IMG/VR virus record: IMGVR_UViG_3300033145_000777
Coordinates: 17,183 to 81,182 of that record
Length of the DNA stretch: 64,000 bases
Strand: one strand, 5' to 3'
Source of the DNA: a virus
Both the position numbers and the translations under genes were made by a program. Below the pieces are notes generated by a model. That model was given only the letters and a program-made list of their open reading frames with translations, searched no databases and was not told the origin of the DNA. Positions 58,500 through 64,000 of the stretch are shown in pieces. Numbering within the stretch: the first letter of the stretch is position 1; every line of letters starts with the position of its first letter.

Positions 58500-60236
58500 A
58501 TGAGAAAAATACAAAGAGCATTCGATATATTCAAACTGGTTAGTAGAGATCAGAAGAAACCAGAAATTGAAGAAACAGCCGACCTTCTAATCATCAAGGA
58601 CGTTGTCATTGCCAGAGAAATGGTTCAGCAGTATGAACAGGGCAAATCCTACAAGCCAGCTAATGAGCTTGAAGCAGCTGCTTGGACAGCAAACGGTATG
58701 TGGTGTACTCTCTACGTGCATCCAGTTGAACAACTCATTGTTGATAGAAACGACGTCGCTGGCCGAATGACGAACACTAGGTTTGTTAAGAACCTCATTG
58801 ATCATGGGAAGACAGAGAGACCTGACCAGAGAGGGATCATGGTTGACATCGAGATGTTCAAGAAGCTACCCGCAGGTGCTAAAGGAAAACCCCTTACAGC
58901 TGATGACATCAAGCTGCTAAAATCTGCAACCATCATGGATGTGAGCATAGGGTTCACGTACATTGAGGACAACACCCCAGGATCGTACAGAGGTGACTCT
59001 TATGACTTCGTGCAGAGGGATATTCTTATCAATCACCTAGTTGTAGCTTGTAAACAAGGAAGATGTCCAATGCCTATGTGTGGTCTCGCAGCCGACGTAC
59101 TAGGAGTCACTGACAAGCCAATAGAGACGGATACTGAGATTCAAATTCCTGTCCCAGGAGAAAACCCAAGTCGAGTTACATCCAAAATCTCCCTGCTCTC
59201 CAGTAAAGGCATTGACGCTTTATACTGTGGTAAAGACAAAAAAATCAGGGCGTACATATTCCAGAAATCAAACGAGTCAAAGACAAACTGGTGTATGGAC
59301 ACAGCTAAGGCTTGGATAAAGAAATATCACAATGACAGCGTCAAAGAAACCTTCTTAGCCTTAGCTCAAGACCAAGAATCAGATGAAGTCAGGGATAAGA
59401 TCAAACTACTGTTAGCTGAACTTGAAGCCATTTTCTTGAGGATGGATGAACTAACCAATATAATGGAGCCAATATACAGTGAGCAGTCCCTCCTTAGTCA
59501 CAGGCAATCAGTGGTGAACATTGAACTAGAAGCTTACAGAGAAAAGCTGTATTGGGAAATAGTTACTGAGGGAGATTATCCCCCTAAGACCCCAGCAGAA
59601 CGTGCTATGCAGCACTACTCAATAACGCCAGCTGATTGGGAAGCTCTCAACGCTGAGAAGAAGGCAGAGCTTATAGCTGGGCTCCCTGCTCCTGGAACTG
59701 GATTAGAATCCAATGACAGCCTCTACAAAAAAGCCTGGGTGCAGGTTGCAAAGAAAGCATGGGATATATACGGGATCCACGCTGAGGATTGGCTACTTAC
59801 AAGCGAAGGGGTTAAAAACAAGCTCTTTGCTGAATTAGTGAGACAAGGAGAACTTGACATGTCAGGAACCGAAAACGCATGGTACGAGAAAATCAACTGG
59901 AAATTAAAGGAGAACGCAGAAGGATACGCTGACCTTCCCGACGCCATCAAGGATGTGCTGAAAGAGAAGAAACTAGGGCCCGAAGCACCTGCAGACCCTC
60001 CGGCTGATCCACCGGCAGGCGATCCTCCGACAGGAGACCCACCAGCGGCTGATCCACCGGCAGGCGATCCTCCGGCAGGTGATCCTCCGGCAGGTGATCC
60101 TCCAGCGGGTGATCCACCAGTAGATGAACCCATAACTGAGACTCCTGAGGAGCTCATCGAGAAAGCTGAACAGGTAATCGAGCAGACTGAGAAGACGCTC
60201 GCTGATCCCGATCTAAGTTCGAATGAACCACTCTAA
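58500..60236 (+). CDS. Prohead protease (DUF2213-like) with extended scaffold-like C-terminus
   Basis: HP, VSIGF, YDFVQRDILINHLVVA..GRC. Confidence 0.8.
   Translation: MRKIQRAFDIFKLVSRDQKKPEIEETADLLIIKDVVIAREMVQQYEQGKSYKPANELEAAAWTANGMWCTLYVHPVEQLIVDRNDVAGRMTNTRFVKNLIDHGKTERPDQRGIMVDIEMFKKLPAGAKGKPLTADDIKLLKSATIMDVSIGFTYIEDNTPGSYRGDSYDFVQRDILINHLVVACKQGRCPMPMCGLAADVLGVTDKPIETDTEIQIPVPGENPSRVTSKISLLSSKGIDALYCGKDKKIRAYIFQKSNESKTNWCMDTAKAWIKKYHNDSVKETFLALAQDQESDEVRDKIKLLLAELEAIFLRMDELTNIMEPIYSEQSLLSHRQSVVNIELEAYREKLYWEIVTEGDYPPKTPAERAMQHYSITPADWEALNAEKKAELIAGLPAPGTGLESNDSLYKKAWVQVAKKAWDIYGIHAEDWLLTSEGVKNKLFAELVRQGELDMSGTENAWYEKINWKLKENAEGYADLPDAIKDVLKEKKLGPEAPADPPADPPAGDPPTGDPPAADPPAGDPPAGDPPAGDPPAGDPPVDEPITETPEELIEKAEQVIEQTEKTLADPDLSSNEPL
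59988..60119 (+). repeat. Coding tandem repeat (mostly 15 nt) encoding PPAGD
   Basis: GATCC(T/A)CCGGCAGG(C/T) units. Confidence 0.9.
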
Positions 60237-60425
60237 TTTTTTTAAACCACAATCTCACATAGAAAGGACAAATATATTTTTATAGGATTATCCATATTAT
60301 CACTACAATAGCGTGGGCTTGAGCGTTTGCTCGAAACCCTTCAGGCATCAGTACCTGACTAAAAACTCTGTACCGACGAATGGCGCGGTCTAGAAATGCT
60401 AAACCCGAAAGGGGAAGAAAAAAAA

Positions 60426-60806
60426 ATGGTAGATAAACGACCTTCAGAAATGAAAGTAGATGAGCTTCGTACTGCTTACGATCAACAGATCGAAGTAGTA
60501 GATGCTCTGAAGAGAACTATCGTAACACTTACGGACTCACTTGAGAAATCTGAGGCTGTCCATAGGGGTGAACTACGAGGTAGGTTAGTGAAGCGGATTC
60601 ACGATGAAACCATCCTTACACCTGAGGACATCGTCACCATGACGGAGAACGACATGAAAGAAATTCTCGACAAGGTCCCGTTGATGAAGAGACAACCATT
60701 CCATGCAGTGAGTGACATGGGAGGAAGCGCAATTAATGCTCGCCCAAGTGCGAAGCTTGAGAACGTGTACCTCTTTGGTCCCGACTCACTGTACAAAAAT
60801 AGGTGA
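60426..60806 (+). CDS. Putative scaffolding protein
   Basis: Coiled coil upstream of decoration and capsid genes; start chosen downstream of structured leader. Confidence 0.5.
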   Translation: MVDKRPSEMKVDELRTAYDQQIEVVDALKRTIVTLTDSLEKSEAVHRGELRGRLVKRIHDETILTPEDIVTMTENDMKEILDKVPLMKRQPFHAVSDMGGSAINARPSAKLENVYLFGPDSLYKNR

Positions 60807-60811
60807 ATTGA

Positions 60812-61291
60812 ATGCCCCAAGATGCAGTACCTCCAGCTAACTCAATAATCATAGATGGCGATCCACTCTGGCTAGAGTTTGAAGCTGCTCCCGGTTCCGC
60901 GATACTACCAGGCGATATAGTCGAGTTCAACACGACTTATTGTACTGGTGGATACTCAAAGGTAAAGGAAGCAGCATTGAACACAGAAGGAGCAATCGGC
61001 GTAGCTGACGTTGAGCCACAGTATGCGAGAGATGTACCTTATGTAGTAGGCGCAGCTGTTCTAATTGCCTGTGGAACTATACACACTCTACTTAGACTCG
61101 CGGCGAGCCAAGAGATCACATGTGGTGATCACCTCAAGCCCGCTGCAAGTGGAGAAGTGGCTAAGTTCACATGTTATGAAGCAACGGCTGATTGGTATGG
61201 TGGAAACCCATGCCTAATGATCGCCCAGGCAACATACTCCTATGCTAGTCTCACAGTGTTCCAGTTCATCAAAGCCAAGCTACTGATATAG
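60812..61291 (+). CDS. Putative capsid decoration/cement protein
   Basis: ILPGDIVE, IGVA, GDHLKPAASG pattern; directly before MCP. Confidence 0.65.
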   Translation: MPQDAVPPANSIIIDGDPLWLEFEAAPGSAILPGDIVEFNTTYCTGGYSKVKEAALNTEGAIGVADVEPQYARDVPYVVGAAVLIACGTIHTLLRLAASQEITCGDHLKPAASGEVAKFTCYEATADWYGGNPCLMIAQATYSYASLTVFQFIKAKLLI

Positions 61292-62185
61292 GTGAAGAAA
61301 ATGTACAAATCTCTAAGACGAGTTGGTAGAGAAACAGGCCGACTGACTTTGGAAGAATGGCAGTACGTAGACAGAGAAATAGTTGAGGCAGTACGTCCTC
61401 GACTAGTTGGACGTCTGCTGTACTCCCTTACTCCATTGCCACACGCAGGTTTCCTACAAGTAAAGTACTATGCCAGAACTGACATGAGTCAAGCCCAAAT
61501 CTCGATGAGAGGTCTGGGTGGAAGCCGTGACAGAACTGTCAAGACACCTCTCACAGTAGATGTGCCAGTAGTAGCGAAGAACTTCGACCTACACTGGAGA
61601 GAAATCCTAGCTGCCCGCTACGGTGGTCAGCCAATGGACGTTCAGGAAGCAGCGAATGCAGGTATACAAGTATCTGAGGAAGAGGACAAACTCATGCTCA
61701 GCGGCGAGTATACAGGCTTCCCAGCTTATGGCGTACAAGGTTTCACTTCAGTAACAGGTAGAAACACTAACGCTGGTGGCGCATGGCCAGCAAACGCTTT
61801 TGCTAACATCAACGCGGCTAAGGCTCTGCTAAACTCTAGCGGATTCCAAGGTGTGCCTCTTGCACTTGTTGCAAGGGCTAACCAGCTATCGTTGCTTGAT
61901 GCACTGATCGCAAATCAGACGAAAACATACCGTACTGCTCTACTCGATAACAATATCGTTCAGGCGATTTTCGAGTCAGACAACTTGTTCGCCAACGATG
62001 GTGGAACAGACAGCGCGGTAGTTTGTGTTCCAGGTAGGCAGAACTTCGACTTGCTCCAAGGACAGGGAATGACCACCTTCCTATGGCAGGATGAAGATAT
62101 GAACATCCTCGGAAAAGTCTACACAGTTGTAGTTCCAAGGATACGCCAACCCACATCAGTGTGTGAAATTACTGGCTTGTCGTAG
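61292..62185 (+). CDS. Major capsid protein, HK97 fold, family 1 encapsulin (Linocin M18)-like
   Basis: LTLEEWQYVDREIVEAVRPRLVGR; F.L.WREI; EEDKLML.G; PRIRQP. Confidence 0.85.
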   Translation: MKKMYKSLRRVGRETGRLTLEEWQYVDREIVEAVRPRLVGRLLYSLTPLPHAGFLQVKYYARTDMSQAQISMRGLGGSRDRTVKTPLTVDVPVVAKNFDLHWREILAARYGGQPMDVQEAANAGIQVSEEEDKLMLSGEYTGFPAYGVQGFTSVTGRNTNAGGAWPANAFANINAAKALLNSSGFQGVPLALVARANQLSLLDALIANQTKTYRTALLDNNIVQAIFESDNLFANDGGTDSAVVCVPGRQNFDLLQGQGMTTFLWQDEDMNILGKVYTVVVPRIRQPTSVCEITGLS

Positions 62186-62333
62186 TCCTAAAGGGCTATG
62201 ATGACCAGTTGAATGACGCTCCCTTGGGGGTTTGCATCCCCCTTGGCTTCGCAGGAGAAGCCTCGTACCCTTTATTCAATAAAATAGTTACTGTTTTAAG
62301 AGCTAGATAATCAGTATTCTTAGAGGCGTAGGT

Positions 62334-63128
62334 ATGCCAGTTGAATTAATTAATGGTGAAGAGACAAGTACAAGTGAGACTGCTTGGACTACGGTTGTCG
62401 AGGCTAAGATACCTGACACAATATCCAAGGTTCTTATCTGGTTGAAAGAGCAGGACGTAAATGACCTGATCTACAGGGTTCAATGCTCAGTTGAATCAAC
62501 TTTCTCTGCTGGACTTAACCAGACACTGTTTGATAAAAACCATAACAACGCCTTTCACTTAGACAAAAACCAGTCCTCAAAACAGACATTAGCAGACCCA
62601 TATCCCTACCTTAGGGTACAGATAAAATCCTCTCTAGCAAAGGCTCACGGTACGGCTCTAGTACATATTCTAGGCTCTGCAACTGCTGGTGGGGGAAGCC
62701 TTGATGTAAGGGAGTCTAGTAAATTTGATGAAATAAAATCCGTTCTTGTGAATCAACCCGGAGTCGCTTATGCTCAATCCGTAAATGCTTTATGTCTTAT
62801 TGCCCCAGAACATGAAGGTCATCATCTAGAGGTGATGGGAGTATATCTCTCAACAAAAGCTGCTGGTGATTTCTACCTCGTTGTGGCGAACCTTGGAGTA
62901 GCAGCTGGTTCCACCACAGACAATACCTTTGATCTGATCGGTGTGAGGGGGACTGATATTGCAGATACCTCTGATGTTGTTTGGGCTGCTTTCCTCGCTA
63001 ACACTTCAAAAGGAGGCACAGAGGGAGCATACGAGATGGAGCTGAATGCTGGATATGAAATATACTTGATAGCTCCTGATGTAGACTATAATCTCCATAT
63101 AACCTATAGGGAGCACCAGCAGGAATAG
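62334..63128 (+). CDS. Putative virion accessory protein (beta-rich)
   Basis: Follows MCP; PYPYLRVQIK. Confidence 0.5.
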   Translation: MPVELINGEETSTSETAWTTVVEAKIPDTISKVLIWLKEQDVNDLIYRVQCSVESTFSAGLNQTLFDKNHNNAFHLDKNQSSKQTLADPYPYLRVQIKSSLAKAHGTALVHILGSATAGGGSLDVRESSKFDEIKSVLVNQPGVAYAQSVNALCLIAPEHEGHHLEVMGVYLSTKAAGDFYLVVANLGVAAGSTTDNTFDLIGVRGTDIADTSDVVWAAFLANTSKGGTEGAYEMELNAGYEIYLIAPDVDYNLHITYREHQQE

Positions 63129-63170
63129 ACAGTTTTTTAAACTATATCTTCCCTTTCCTTTTGATACGAT

Positions 63171-64000
63171 ATGAGTGATGTAGACGCGGGGAAGATTAAG
63201 CTTGTTTTCGTTGGTGGGCTAAAAGCACCAAAAGGCTACAACGAAGGCACAGTTTATCTCTTAGCTGCGAGGTGTGAAAACTTCGATTGGTTTGAAAAAG
63301 CACCAGATACAGCTGAGGAAGGAGAAATAGTCCCAGTTATAGGGAGAACAGCATCAGGTGCAGCAGCAATCGAAGGCGGAAGTGTATCCAGTGTCGTAAC
63401 AGATACGTCGATCCCATTCGAGTACGGCATCAAGGTAAAAATGAAGTTCATTGGTGGACTAAGAGCACCAGCACAAGTACTTGTTGACGGCGTCAAGGTC
63501 GCTGTTGGACAGGTATGTTTGATGCCTTTGAGGTATGGGAGGTTCCCTTGGTGGGAGCTCGTTGATCCATTGCCAAACTCATACAGGGTAGCACCTGCAC
63601 CAGTTGAGGAATCTGTTGTTGTGGTCGAGGGTGATCCGAGGAATCAAGGCATGTTTGCCAAATCGCTAGGCCAGCAAATGGGAGCAGAGGTCATCCAAGC
63701 TGATGAGGAGAAAGTCATGTCCAAAGACGCTGCGCCTGTCGAGCTTGAGGGCGATGAGAAGCGTGACTCTGTTGAGATAAGCCCTGAAAAGCTTCAGCAT
63801 GACTCTGAGCCAAGTCCATTGGAGACTGAGCAAGTTTCAGTTCCTGAGAACCCAGAGGAACCACTTGAAAGCCCTCACACGGTCAGTGCAAGGAAGAAGC
63901 TTCTGGATAGCAATATGGTTGATCTACGGAAGATCGCAAAATCACAGGACCTGTCCAATTACTCTAGCCTAAAGAAGACAGAGCTAGTAGAGGCAATCCT
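63171..64000 (+). CDS. Protein with C-terminal Rho-N/HeH-like domain, 3'-truncated
   Basis: Open to window end; ends DLRKIAKSQDLSNYSSLKKTELVEAI. Confidence 0.7.
   Translation, partial: MSDVDAGKIKLVFVGGLKAPKGYNEGTVYLLAARCENFDWFEKAPDTAEEGEIVPVIGRTASGAAAIEGGSVSSVVTDTSIPFEYGIKVKMKFIGGLRAPAQVLVDGVKVAVGQVCLMPLRYGRFPWWELVDPLPNSYRVAPAPVEESVVVVEGDPRNQGMFAKSLGQQMGAEVIQADEEKVMSKDAAPVELEGDEKRDSVEISPEKLQHDSEPSPLETEQVSVPENPEEPLESPHTVSARKKLLDSNMVDLRKIAKSQDLSNYSSLKKTELVEAI

Noticed and set aside
59988-60119. Tandem repeat as CRISPR or mobile element
   Set aside because: In-frame low-complexity PPAGD linker without spacers
61292-62185. Cellular encapsulin/bacteriocin locus
   Set aside because: Context is terminase, portal, protease and decoration genes, with no cargo enzyme
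62195-62270. C/D box sRNA or hammerhead ribozyme after MCP
   Set aside because: ATGATGA is present, but no matching CTGA D box or CUGANGA/GAAA core arrangement
421-63496. Minus-strand ORFs in the track (e.g. 9346-9993, 36005-36661, 18965-19483)
   Set aside because: Shadows of well-supported + strand genes, with no recognisable motifs

Overview
The window reads as most of a genome of a tailed (siphovirus-like Caudoviricetes) virus, most likely of an archaeal host. The host call rests on a PCNA gene, an XPB-like helicase, TATA-box promoters with near-leaderless starts and GGTG/GGAG ribosome-binding sites. Essentially all credible genes are on the + strand. Packaging and head genes (terS, terL, portal, protease, encapsulin-like major capsid protein) lie at 54.2-64 kb. 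Head-tail and tail genes lie at 3.6-19.5 kb, and an accessory/early region of many small genes at 23.7-54.1 kb. Both window ends cut genes. No DNA polymerase, primase or integrase was recognised. Main points of interest: (1) at the end of the tail-fibre module, two paralogous proteins each carry 15 x-[D/N]-x-x tetrapeptides and are followed by two radical SAM (SPASM/twitch-like) enzymes, a candidate viral peptide/fibre maturation system; (2) a ~620-nt densely structured non-coding region with its own promoter, directly followed by tRNA-Ser(UGA); (3) an intein whose HNH endonuclease is overprinted in another reading frame; (4) a second intein inside a small tail protein; (5) 13 copies of a ~54-nt promoter/start motif, plus a candidate small RNA complementary to that motif; (6) short direct repeats at gene junctions that flank accessory cassettes. 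All protein calls are from motif recognition by eye, and no database searches were run.
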